The position numbers and the translations under genes are program-made. A stretch of 64,000 nucleotides of DNA from Phoronis australis (taxonomy: Eukaryota > Animalia > Phoronida), in assembly GCA_002633005.1 (NCBI GenBank), contig NMRA01000081.1, positions 757,501 to 821,500 on the forward strand, read 5' to 3'. The notes beneath the pieces were generated by a model. The model had not been told where the DNA came from. It saw only the letters and a program-made list of their open reading frames with translations, and ran no database searches. Positions 52,681 to 64,000 of this stretch are shown one piece after another. Within the stretch, counting starts at the first letter, position 1. Each line of letters opens with the position of its first letter.

Positions 52681-53278
52681 AGGGGTACAAGCACTACAGT
52701 TATGAAAGTATCACGTTTTACCCAAAAAGCGTGATGCAAAACGAAATATAACGTAAGTTTTAGTACCTTACTAACACTCTTTGGCAAGTAGGTGGAATAT
52801 ATCAACTCGTTAAGGAAAAATTTATGAACTTGGCAAACTATTTTTACCTATCACAGAATGGACTAGAGGATATCGTACGATGCGACGGCAGTCATTGCAT
52901 GCAGCACTAGAATACCATAACGCGCCATCAGTGTGACCTAATAACAAAGATACTAAAGTTCCTTTGTATCTTTGCTAATATCAGAGGCCGTGGTACGCGC
53001 CTTTGCATATTTACGAGCACAAACAACACAAAACGCAAAATCCATTGTTGAACACATAGGCTACAATGAATCCGTGTCTGGCAGCATAGATTATAGACAA
53101 GTCTATGCTGGCAGTAATATGACGCGATTTGGACCCACGTCACACTTAAAAAATTGCAGGACTAAGATTTTTAAGTTAACGATTCAGGTAAACTACGGGG
53201 GCAATTTAGCACTTAAATTGTTTAACATAATTACTTGTTTGAATTAGTTCGTTTGACAACTGAACGGTTGCACTTGTC

Positions 53279-53336
53279 GCAGACCAAGTAGGCCACCCGA
53301 CCAAGTTAACTTGGTCGGGTGGCCTACTTGGTCTGC
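53279..53336. repeat. Perfect 58-bp spacerless palindrome
   Basis: gcagaccaagtaggccacccgaccaagtt|aacttggtcgggtggcctacttggtctgc. Confidence 0.97.
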
Positions 53337-56112
53337 AACACACTCGATCATGGTATATTGGAAAGTTGAGAGGGGTTACGTAACAATTGACTGGTCAACG
53401 ATGGGAAGCCGGGCTAAGGATTTTCCAAGTGCTAACAACAACGCTACGTAAATCTGACCAAATAAAAATAATTGTTAATTTAATTTTGGCATACTAACTA
53501 CTTGGTCCAAAACGACTTGAAATGCCGACTGGATGCCACCGCTCTCATTCAGCCATGGGATTTAAACATAGCCTGCGGTGTTAGGCTTCATTTGTCCATT
53601 CTGGGAAGTTCGACGACGCCTCAGATGACAAATTATTAATTTTGAATATTTCTACGGTCCTTTAAGAACCAAAAATGAATAAATGTGACACCTTGCTCAC
53701 TTAGCTAGGCAGCTAGATCTAGGAACCAATTCCTAGGCTAGATGTATGAGGACTATTGTATCACCTAAGTTAGCCTAGGGTGCAATTGATGATGTAAAAC
53801 GATCCCTAAAGAGCCCGCCGTCAGGGTTCATTGTTTGATAATGAAAATTGGTCGACTTTTTTGAAGAGAGCTTTACCCGAACACGGCCCCAGGCCTATAT
53901 GGATAATAGCACAGAGCTTCTAATAATGACTGTAGAAACTGATTCAAGTGTCTCCGATCAGCCAAAACACAGTGAGCGCGAGACCAGGTGTTAAAACGGT
54001 AATTAACCCGCCCTTCATCACAATTAACACAAACTTACACTACTTCCCGTTGTGAAATTGGTTCACTACCTCAGGGATTCGAAAAAAACTTGGCAAAATT
54101 GTTTCTGCAAAAGATTTTCCTTAAACGCGGAAGGGAGGCGTGGACCTTTCTTAAAGTTAAAAATCTGTGCCCAGATAACGAAAATTTCGAGACTTGAGGA
54201 AATGATAAGGCAATTGTAAAAAGATTTAGAAACACATCACAATTTTATTTCCCTTAAAAGAATACCAAATCTGGTTGCGGCCTATTGTTATGTAAAACCA
54301 AACCAACCTGCAGAAAACTCGAAAGACGCCACATTGTGTGAGCCTTCACTTTTATATTTCACAAGTGTTCATGCAAGAGAGGACTGAAAAAAATCTTAAC
54401 ATTCTGGCTGGCCATTTTTCACTCTAGGTGTCCTCCCTGGCAACACCAACAATCTAGGCATTGACCCTAGAAAAAATGTCCAAATTTGGACTAACTTCGT
54501 AATTAGTTATCCGATTCAAATAAAACTTTCAGTTAATTTAATCTCGAAAACCCTGTAAAAATGTTTTTGAAATGTTCAATTTATCCACCACCGAGGCATA
54601 GCAAAGAACTTGATTCCTAAGATGTCTATAACTAAAATCAAAAGTTGCATTAAACAAAAACAAAACAATTTAGAAAACTGCAAAATTACATAGTTTACAT
54701 TTCACCTTAATCAAATTATTTTGTTGGTGTCATTGTTTGCTATGAATGTAGACTTCTTTTTTATTTTAATATAAAGAAAATACCTGACCCACATAACAGC
54801 AGATTGGCTTTCTAGTTCCAGATAATGTGTACTTTTAATACCTAAAAATCTATAGGTTACTGGATATTTGGTTAGAAGCACCTGGGACTTGCCCACAAGG
54901 TCCCAGTGTAACCTTAACCATACTTGCTGACTTGTGTCTGAAGCTGGGCTGTAGTCTGCAGTTGGTTCCAACAACCTTTGTGGTATTGTATGGAAAAACA
55001 CGATTATTGGGCAATTAGTGGTTAGCTGATGTGATATTTTAGATTCTAGGGAGTCAATACCAATCCACCTGGCAGTGATGTTACATAGAATAAGGGACCA
55101 AAACTGAAAGGTTTTGTATTTTCAAAGTGATTTCAGCCTATTTTACATTTCATGCCATATACATGTGATCAAACATAGCTACAAATATAAAAACATGAAA
55201 ACCCAATGGATTATACTAAAAACATTTTGTTGCTACGCTTATGAAAAGATGACATCGGAAATATCACGACGAAGTGCTGTGTTCCCCCCCCCCACCCCAG
55301 TTACAAACAACTGTTGTAAACTCGATTGTGTGATCTGGTGTTACATCTGGGTCATAATAAATTTGAATTCACTGGTGAATGTAATTAAACAAAATATCAA
55401 AACTTCACTTGTAGATTGAGATGTATTTTGTTGTGGTAGAAAAGTAGGATATAGTGAAAGAAAGAATCCTTAAGGGGAAATATAATTGGACTTTGTGAAG
55501 AAATGGAGGGTATTTTCGAAAAAATATTCTAATATCCATTCTTTTTCTTTAACAACTCCAGTTGTTCGCCCAATTATAGTACGCAGATGCAACTCCTTTG
55601 CTACACTCAGTAATGACTTAAAGCCTACCTTCAACTGTAACACACACAAATTTTGTTCCTACAGTATGATAAGACTATCGCTCTGAGGCCACTAGTACCA
55701 TAAATTGCCAAATTTAACGAACTGTTAGTCGTATTAGCTAGCTTTTGTCTACGTCACCGCGAGAATCACCTTTTAATTCAAACAACTGTGAATATCACCC
55801 ACATGCAATGGTGGTCTATTCAAACCCCTATTCAATACAACCTTTTGTTGTTTGTGCTGGGATCTCACCGTGATGCAACATGGCACGAAAAGGCAGCTTC
55901 ACTTATCATTTGACGGGCTTACACTTGCGTGATTGAACTTGAGTTTTCTTATTTTACTAAAGCTTTTCTAGGACTGTCTGGTTAGCCTAATACATTTAAA
56001 GTAACAAAATTCCATTGAAGTTAGGCTTTAAGAATAACCACTAGTTATAATACAATCTCAGCTGGACCATGTCCTCTGAACCTCTAAAACTATAAAAATA
56101 CAAATTTTCTAA

Positions 56113-56679
56113 GGGTTGTTCCAGCAAAATCTGTGTGGGAGGGGGGAAGGCAACTGAAATAAAAATTTATGGGTGGTTGCGTTTGATTCAAATTCAAAAT
56201 GGCTGGTGGTCGTAATTCAAAAAAATAAAAATTTACAGGTCGTTGTTGTTTCATTGGGCCATAAATGTTTGATGGTGGGTAATTTTAGTAAATTTTATAA
56301 ACCATCCACACAGAATCAAAAACTGAAAAAAATGCAACTTGCAAAAAGCTCTGACTTTTTCACTCCCTCCGATCTCCTCATCGGCATGCCCATAACACCA
56401 TTTAACCACAGGTGCTCGAATTTCTCGATGGCTAATAACCATATATAAAAAAACATATGTTTTCTTAGTAATGAATGACATTAGTGGTGATGGAGGAACA
56501 GATAAACTCAAGCGCCTGTGCAGTCAACCACAAGAACAAAAAAAATTACGGGTGGTTGCATATCAAAATTATAAAAAATTACGGGTGGTAGGCTGAAGAA
56601 ATAAATGAAAAATATGGGTGGTGGGTGCGAAAAAAAGGTGCCTTCCCCCCCTCCCATACAGATTTTACTGGAACAGCCC
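56113..56679. mobile_element. Harbinger/Tourist-type MITE with TAA TSD
   Basis: taa|gggttgttccagcaaaatctgtgtgggaggggg ... cccccctcccatacagattttactggaacagccc|taa. The empty site is visible in the adjacent duplicate. Confidence 0.9.
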
Positions 56680-57118
56680 TAAACAAGTTACCCGCGCTCC
56701 TTTGAAGAAGTTACATTAGAGTAAACCAGTTTATTTAACTAGTCATGAAGGTCCATCATGAGGAGGCAGTGTTAAGTTATGTCTACACTCAGCATGTGTA
56801 GTCCTTACATACTCCACAGTTTACGTTGACGCTTCACTCGGACCGGAGTTAAGTCAGTGTGAAAGGGCCTTAGCACCTTAATGAACAACCTCGACTCATC
56901 AGTCAAATATCGAAAAACTATGCTTTGTCATCAATTGAAAATATATATTTTCTGAAAGGAGAAAGAATACAATTTTCTAAACAAGTTACCCTTGTTCCTT
57001 TGAAGAAGTTACATTACAGTAAACCAGTTTATTTAACTAGTCATGAAGGTCCATCATGAGGAGGCAGAGTTAACTTATGTCTACACTCAGCATGTGTAGT
57101 CTTTACATTCTCCACAAG
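56680..57118. repeat. Local direct duplication (~140 bp; 56680-56818 vs 56978-57116)
   Basis: taaacaagttaccc...gaagaagttacatta...ctcagcatgtgtagtc..tccaca occurs twice. Confidence 0.9.
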
Positions 57119-57293
57119 GGGGTTCTATGATGGTGGGCACTGAAGCTGCAGCACCGATGTCACGTGTTCACACTCTCTCTACAGATCCCTTCGGTGCCGT
57201 GCAGTTAAACTTGCGTCACTGCTACTAGTCTTCATATACACTGTATGATTTTCTGGGATTCCAGGCGGCAAAACTTTCACCAATGTCTGAAAT

Positions 57294-57362
57294 CTACACA
57301 TACTCTCCACAATTTTCTATGACCACTTTTTGCGTGGGTTTGCCACCTTTAGTTCCCACAGC
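57294..57362 (-). CDS. PPIE: Cyclophilin E terminal coding exon
   Basis: AVGTKGGKPTQKVVIENCGEYV* (human PPIE ends KPKQKVIIADCGEYV). Confidence 0.92.
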   Translation of the reverse strand, partial: AVGTKGGKPTQKVVIENCGEYV

Positions 57363-58416
57363 CTGCAAATGAAGCAAAAATGCAGAAATAAACTATACCG
57401 GTAAATGTTCAAAAGGTCAATATAATACACAACACAGAGCAAGAATCAAGAAGCAAAACATTCTGTGAAGCCACACTTAGCAAAATTGGCTGATAATGAC
57501 CGGTTAGGGCATAACAACCAAAAAGACAGGAACGTCACGTGGCCCATATTGATAGAATTATTGATGGAATATCTCGACGTTTTAAACTGTAACTGTGTTA
57601 TAAAGTGGTTGCATTTCGTACATTCTGATTGGATTTGGGTGTGATGAGACAATGATTGGCAGTACCTCTGAAAATGATAATGATGATGACGAAAATGATT
57701 TAGACACATAGCCTTGGGAAGTAGATGGTAGCTCGACTAAAATGAAGTGAAAAATGGAGTTACTAAATAGCAGTCATCAGGAAATAATCCAATGACATAA
57801 AGTTGTGGCAAGAAACAAATGACACAATACAGATAGCACGTAATGAGATCTGTTCATATTCCTTGATTAGTTTCAAAGTTTCAGGGAATTTCAGTCATTT
57901 TATTTGCCAAAATCAGGTCTAGAAATGTTAAATTTATGTGAAGCTACAACAAAACATCTCTGATTTGTCTCCTTCACCTCAGTATATGTAACAATCATTA
58001 CTACACCATTGTAATTTTAAACTGAACAGCAGTCAATAAGTCTACACAATAATTGCTTTCAGCCATGCCAGATTTGTTCAATTTCAGTGTATGATGGTAT
58101 CAGGCAATCAGCTGATCATTTGTGCCTCAGGAACTGGTGACTATGTTAACACCGGTCATCTGATTTTTATCATTAATCAAACATTTACTTCATCTTACTG
58201 TAATCACCATATTATTCAAGCTAAATAATCAGTGACCTCGACATAGCATTTCTCTACAATACATCACATTTTGAAAACTAAATAAAGACTGTGATGACTC
58301 TTGATGGTCACTTGTTGTACATTGTCTACAAGTTGGTGAATGAAGAGCCATGTGCAGCTCAAAGTAAACCCTGCCCCTGTCTCCCCTTAAGTACCCTCTA
58401 GATACCATGCGCTTAC

Positions 58417-58483
58417 CTCCATTTTCCTCACAATGTCCATACCGTCCACCACTTGACCAAAGACCACGTGTTTATTATCCAAC
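58417..58483 (-). CDS. PPIE: Cyclophilin E exon
   Basis: (W)LDNKHVVFGQVVDGMDIVRKME|gtaagc. Phase 2-0. Confidence 0.93.
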
Positions 58484-59818
58484 CTGGCCAAATAGATATA
58501 AAACTGTCACCCTCATAGAACACTACACGAAATACTTTTTTTGTATCCGAACAACGGGCAAAATTTTAGTTACATGCTGTCTTCAACAAAAAATCGCAAA
58601 TGTTTTGATTCAAAATCATAAAGGCTCCGCAATTTGTCATTATCAACAAACTGAGTACTGCAACAATAAACTCTTTGTAGACACGGAAAGAATAAATCAA
58701 TGTATGATACAAACAAAATGAATACACTCTAAGGAGCGAAATCATCAAGTGAAGAACTCGGAACTGAGGAGACAATGAAACAAGAACACACAACAAATAA
58801 AGCGGTGATGCCCATGACACAAATGACAACCAACACATGGCCGATAATGCTGGCCTTAACAACAACGATGTTTTCATAACCAACTCAATTACACTGAGTC
58901 GCTAATGCGACTACAAAGAGACAAGACTGCCAATGACAATGAGGTTGAGGGAAGAATCTCTCAAAGGCCACAAAGCTAGAATTCGGCGAAAATTCGACAA
59001 ATGGCCACCACAGCACCATCTTTGGTGTAAGTTTGACCAAAACAATAAGCCTCAAATTTTTAATGAGTTACATGCTGTGTGTTAACTTCAAGTCGATCAG
59101 ACCAAAAATGCAACCTGTAGCAGACGTATGACAGATCACCAAAAGAGCAGAGTGAAATCAGTCAACGATAGAAGTCAGCAGATAACTAAATCTCAAATAA
59201 CTCCGAGCAAGGTAAGTCGCAGCGACAAACAGATAACACTTGATAGGATCTGTCTATATAACAAATTTCACAAAGTTCCGTCAAGGGACACTGGAGATAC
59301 GGCATGAGTAATCAGTCACTGAAAGCATATTCACCAGAAAATCTTGAAAACTCAAGCTGTAAATGGACTGCATACGCAGATAGTGCTTGGCAAGATCTAT
59401 CTACATACCAAATTTTCGAAAGTCAAAGGACTGGATGTCAGGCACATGGACTCAATCAATAGAAAAAAACCATCAAAAATGTGAATGGTTTAGTCATGGT
59501 GAGAAACTGATGGCTCACTCCAGATGGCCCTCGACCACATCTACCTGTTTACCAAATTTCATCAGATAACTTAAAAACCACGAAAATATGAAAAATATCT
59601 GTCACAGCACCATCTTTATTGTGATTTCGCTTTTAACGAGATACACAGTGTGTTAATTTCGTGAAGACCTGATAAAAATGTGACCTGTTGCGTGTATACA
59701 AACAAACAAAAAACAAAAAATCACAACAAAGCAACATACTTGGCAACATTTCATTTCACTACGTAATAATTATGAGTAAACACTAACAAGAAAGGGACAT
59801 TATCTCATTCCTTTGAGG

Positions 59819-60119
59819 GACATATCATTGAGAGGAGTGACATATCATTGAGAGGAGTGACATATCATTGAGAGGAGTGACATATCATTGAGAGGAGTGA
59901 CATATCATTGAGAGGAGTGACATGTCATTGAGAGGAGTGACATGTCATTGAGAGGAGTGACATGTCATTGAGAGGAGTGACATGTCATTGAGAGGAGTGA
60001 CATGTCATTGAGAGGAGTGACATGTCATTGAGAGGAGTGACATGTCCTTGAGAGGAGTGACATGTCATTGAGAGGAGTGACATGTCATTGAGAGGAGTGA
60101 CATGTCATTGAGAAGAGTG
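59819..60119. repeat. 20-bp minisatellite, 15 copies, in a PPIE intron
   Basis: gacatRtcattgagaggagt; the first 5 units have catatc and the next 10 have catgtc. Confidence 0.97.
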
Positions 60120-60540
60120 GCTTTCTCAGATCAACCTCAATGTAAAATCGTCTCTACTGTCCACACATTCACACTCCAACATTCTACTGGCAGAGTTAAA
60201 ACCCACTCTATAAATGGGAGAGTATTTTACTGGTAAAAGACACCCAAATTATTTTAGTAAATGTCTGGCAGATGTAGAGATTTGCTGATTTGTAATAAAC
60301 TCACAAAAACACTATGGATGTTTTATAGCTCTGGTCAAAGTTAACGACTCCAAGAAGGGTATCCCATCTAAAAGTAACCCCGAAAATGTATTTTTCAGCA
60401 ATAAAAATGACAAAGTCCCTTTCAAAGTTTAACATTTATTGCCAACTAAACAGAGTGAAATCGAGAGAATGGTTGCAACACGTTTGTGAGTATAGACCCC
60501 CTAACCATGAACACACAGTACAATTTAATGTCTGACTTAC

Positions 60541-60616
60541 CAATCCGTTTTATCTGTACATATGAAGAACTGTGACCCGTTTGAGTTTGGACCCGAGTTG
60601 GCCATGGAAAGAATAC
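60541..60616 (-). CDS. PPIE: Cyclophilin E exon
   Basis: (G)[24 protein letters not shown](W)|gtaagt. Phase 1-2. Confidence 0.95.
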
Positions 60617-61065
60617 CTGAAAATATGAGATAAGTAATCCCGATACCAAGAAAAAATACCAGACAATTTTGAATAACTGAAATATAATTTTTGGGATTGT
60701 CCTGATAATAAAAGCCAAATTAGGTTGTATTTGTTGCTAAGCATTGGATTAAAAAGAGGAAAATTCAATAATGGAATGTAATAGAAAAATACAACAGTGC
60801 TAAAAATTCTCTTAACATACTCATCAACATAATATTTAAGAAAATAAATCAAAAGTGGAGATATCATACATAGTAGCAGCTTGTAACACAAACTGAGTGC
60901 CAAAGCAATGTAACAAAATGCCACTTGTTTCCATATCAAACATTCAAAACAACAGTAACACATGGGATCATCATCAACTCTAAAGGATCAGGTCTTTGAC
61001 TTTTCAAGTTTTAGTTAGATAAAGTATAGGCAAAAACAGCTCGTTTACTAGAACAAAAATATTAC

Positions 61066-61171
61066 CTGGACCCGTGTGTTTTAAAACAAAGTTTTCGTCA
61101 TCAAATTTCCCACCGTATATTGACTTCCCACCAGTCCCATTATGGTTAGTGAAGTCCCCGCCTTGGCACAT
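61066..61171 (-). CDS. PPIE: Cyclophilin E exon
   Basis: [35 protein letters not shown](G)|gtaata. Confidence 0.95.
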
Positions 61172-61631
61172 CTGACCGACAGTTAAGGAGTGTTAAAAGT
61201 GCATTTCCTTCCTGCCAACAACCTAAACACACAAATCTTGAAATAGGCAATTTGACTCCAACAAGCTGGTGTCTTTGGCCTTATAATGATAACAATCGGT
61301 TTCTACATGTACCTTGACAATGAATAAAGGTCACCTACAACTCATATCAAGCGGACAAATCCTGTCAACATCGATGGCAATTTTACACTTTTTTGTTTGG
61401 GGGTGCCCTGGGTGGTCTGTTTCCTGCCAGGGTTTGAAAATATTTTGTGTGGTTTAGTCATATGATGTGTTTTTGTTTGCACAGAAACGTTTGTTTTAAC
61501 ACCATTTTTGATTCATTCTTAAACACCAAGTTGAAAATCAATGCAACTCCAGACTTTGAATCAAAAACTTGTCATCTTGATGAGCAGCTTCAGTGCTGAA
61601 CCAGGCTCAAGTTGGGTGTCAGAAAGGATAC
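61172..61631 (-). other. U12-type (minor spliceosome) GT-AG intron in PPIE
   Basis: Donor GTATCCTTT. Branch point TCCTTAAC lies about 10 nt upstream of the AG, with no polypyrimidine tract. Confidence 0.9.
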
Positions 61632-61711
61632 GAATTGAGGAATGATTCTGTGGAAACCGCAGCCTTTGAAACCAAAGCCTTTTTCATGTGTGCACAGACA
61701 TCTGAAATTCT
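61632..61711 (-). CDS. PPIE: Cyclophilin E exon
   Basis: (E)[26 protein letters not shown]. Phase 1-0. Confidence 0.95.
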
Positions 61712-62889
61712 CTGAAACGAAAAATTAATTCATTTTAAGTTATAATCTGACATATGGAACAGCTTCTTTGAAAAGATAGTATACACCATTTTCGGTATGG
61801 TTATGTCATCTGCCTTTGTATAACTTGAACATACTCCTAAGTGAGACAAGCATTTAGTGGCACACTGAATCCTGTCGTTCAATGTGCTCAGTCTTTTTGC
61901 AAAGCTGGCTATTAGTTAGTCCAAAGCAAAACGTTGGTAACACCTACTGATTTAGTAGACTATGTAAGCTATTTTCAAACTTGTTCAAAACCTTTAAGAA
62001 TGGACCAGGAGGAAGTCAGAGAGCATTGTTTTGTTTTGAAGATTTAAGATGCCTTGTCCCAGATGTCTGATACACTCGTACAGAGTTCAGGAGCATGAAT
62101 GAGGGTCTTTGTGTGCAACAGAGAAATTTGACTGACTCGGAATTTTCGGATGCAATGGAATGGATTAGTACAGTGAGGGCTTAGCATATTTTTAAAGCTG
62201 AGCTTTCACAACTTAACGTCCTGATTTTGGCATCAACATGACACTAACAAGAGACGTGTAACAAAAAGGAATCAAAACATTTTGGAAATCACAGCTGATA
62301 TCATCTGACTTATTTAAACAATGTGAGGAGTTAACACAATTGTTCTAAAACAATGACACCTAAAGGCGCAAAGCTTTATTTTATACAAAACTCAGTAGAA
62401 GTCAAGAGCACAAGAACATATTACTCAACACACAACAGTCCAGTGCCTTTGGTCTCTCTCGTGCCATAAAACACCAAATGCTGAATTCAAATACTAGGTG
62501 TATTAAAGCTGTGGAGTCCAGAGTAATAAGATCATACTCTTAATCGTGCTCATCAAATCCTTTACATGGCTAAAACAGGACATTTTATGCAAAGTTGTCC
62601 AAACAAGACATGATGGGAATTCTCCAGTAACATATTGTACAATGCTTCATAGAACAGCTAACAAAACAACAGGTGTGCAATTAACATAGCCAAGCACAGA
62701 CATAGAATGGCTGGTGGCAATGTAAATGGTCCCCACTGTTATCGTTCTCACAGAGACAATGGCTAAATCCATTGAAATTTTGACTGCATGTCATTGTCTT
62801 AATGTCAAAGTGCCCATGGATACCATTTTTCTGCGTCACTCTATCAATTGTACAATTACACCTGTAATTATTGCCCCACTGACACATAC

Positions 62890-63013
62890 CTGCAGTCTGC
62901 GGCACCACGTCAGATCTGAGTAATATGGTTAACCTGCCCACAGCCTTGCTCCCTATCTTGATATCCATGTACACCTGTGGGTTGCCTTTCCTCCTTTTTG
63001 GTTTGGACTCTTC
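62890..63013 (-). CDS. PPIE: Cyclophilin E exon (start of the PPIase domain); upstream RRM exons are presumably outside the window
   Basis: EESKPKRRKGNPQVYMDIKIGSKAVGRLTILLRSDVVPQTA(E); NPQVYMDIKIG is characteristic of PPIE. Confidence 0.93.
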
Positions 63014-63363
63014 CTGCAATAGCAAGGAGAGCTTGGTCAAATCACTGCACAATTCATAACAACTCTCTGGTGAAAATACATACAGATTCAACAGATTGGC
63101 AAACTACATTACTCTCTAATCAATATCTGAGCTTGGGCTCAACTAAGTACTTTAAGTTAGTCAAAATATATCCCTTTCTTTAAAACTTCAGTTTTCAACT
63201 ACAAATATTTAAAAATTATGAGTTTCGACTACATGTCAAACAACATATCAAACTGAATTTTTAAGTCACAATTTTGAAATTTCACTTGATAAAGAGACAA
63301 ATTATTTCACTGCAAAATGACTGACGATACCCACATGTTTTACAAAGTTAAGGGGAACTGAAC

Positions 63364-63456
63364 ACCAGGCAGCACATACCAGGCAGCACATACCTGGCAG
63401 CACATACCAGGCAGCACATACCAGGCAGCACATACCTGGCAGCACATACCTGGCAG
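63364..63456. repeat. 14-bp tandem repeat, about 6.5 copies
   Basis: (a/t)ggcagcacatacc units. Confidence 0.95.
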
Positions 63457-64000
63457 ATTCTTGGTATTTATGTCCCACTAACCACTTACCACAACAGTAA
63501 AAAGGTCACACCAAGCTTAGTTTTCAGAATGTAAAATCTGTTCTAAAAATTTGATTTAACGAGCTGGGATGGGCAACAATATGCAACTTTGGCCAAAAAT
63601 GGTTCAAATGTTACACCGCCCATGGCTTCTTAATCAGATTTTAAAAATGCCTATCATGTTTACTCCATTTCCATTCTGTTTGAAACCAAACAGTGAGAAG
63701 TGAGAACTACTTTCATTGGTGGAAGCATGCTGCACAAAATGAAAACAGTATCAAGCCTGCTTGTTCAAATTACGTTGTAAATAATGAATGGGTTCAGACA
63801 ACAAAAAAAGATGAAGCCTAGATGATAGATGGCGTGACAAGACAACTCAACTCGATTGTGTAATATTTTGTTGCAGGGAATGTGACTTAATGATATTCGC
63901 GAGTTCAAGCATGTATAATTGCCAATGCCTAAGCACTATTTCATGTCAAAAGTGTCTAAAAGGATGGCAGTGGTAATAGCCAATTCGGTTTTAATAGTCT

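Noticed and set aside
59819-60119. Regular repeat array resembling CRISPR
   Set aside because: Head-to-tail 20-mers with no unique spacers, no cas genes, and located in a eukaryotic intron.

Overview
Eukaryotic, AT-rich genomic DNA, most likely from an invertebrate animal: spliceosomal GT-AG introns, one U12-type intron, many transposons and two N-gaps. Four host genes can be reconstructed. (1) EMG1/NEP1 rRNA pseudouridine methyltransferase on the minus strand; three coding exons are visible and the 3' exons were not found. (2) An uncharacterised ~343-aa gene on the plus strand, head-to-head with EMG1 across about 200 bp, with 7 phase-consistent coding exons. (3) An intronless-CDS sterol delta-7 reductase whose motifs look like the plant DWF5 / amoeba-associated-bacterium type rather than vertebrate DHCR7. 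(4) The 3' six coding exons of cyclophilin E (PPIE), which include a U12 intron. Introns and intergenic DNA hold decayed LINEs (L1/Tx1-like, RNase H-bearing, CR1/L2-like), a degenerate PIF/Harbinger, two Kolobok-like THAP elements, several MITEs, Helentron/DINE-like repeats, minisatellites and a perfect 58-bp palindrome. No CRISPR, rRNA or confident tRNA was seen. All homology calls come from motif recall, not database searches.
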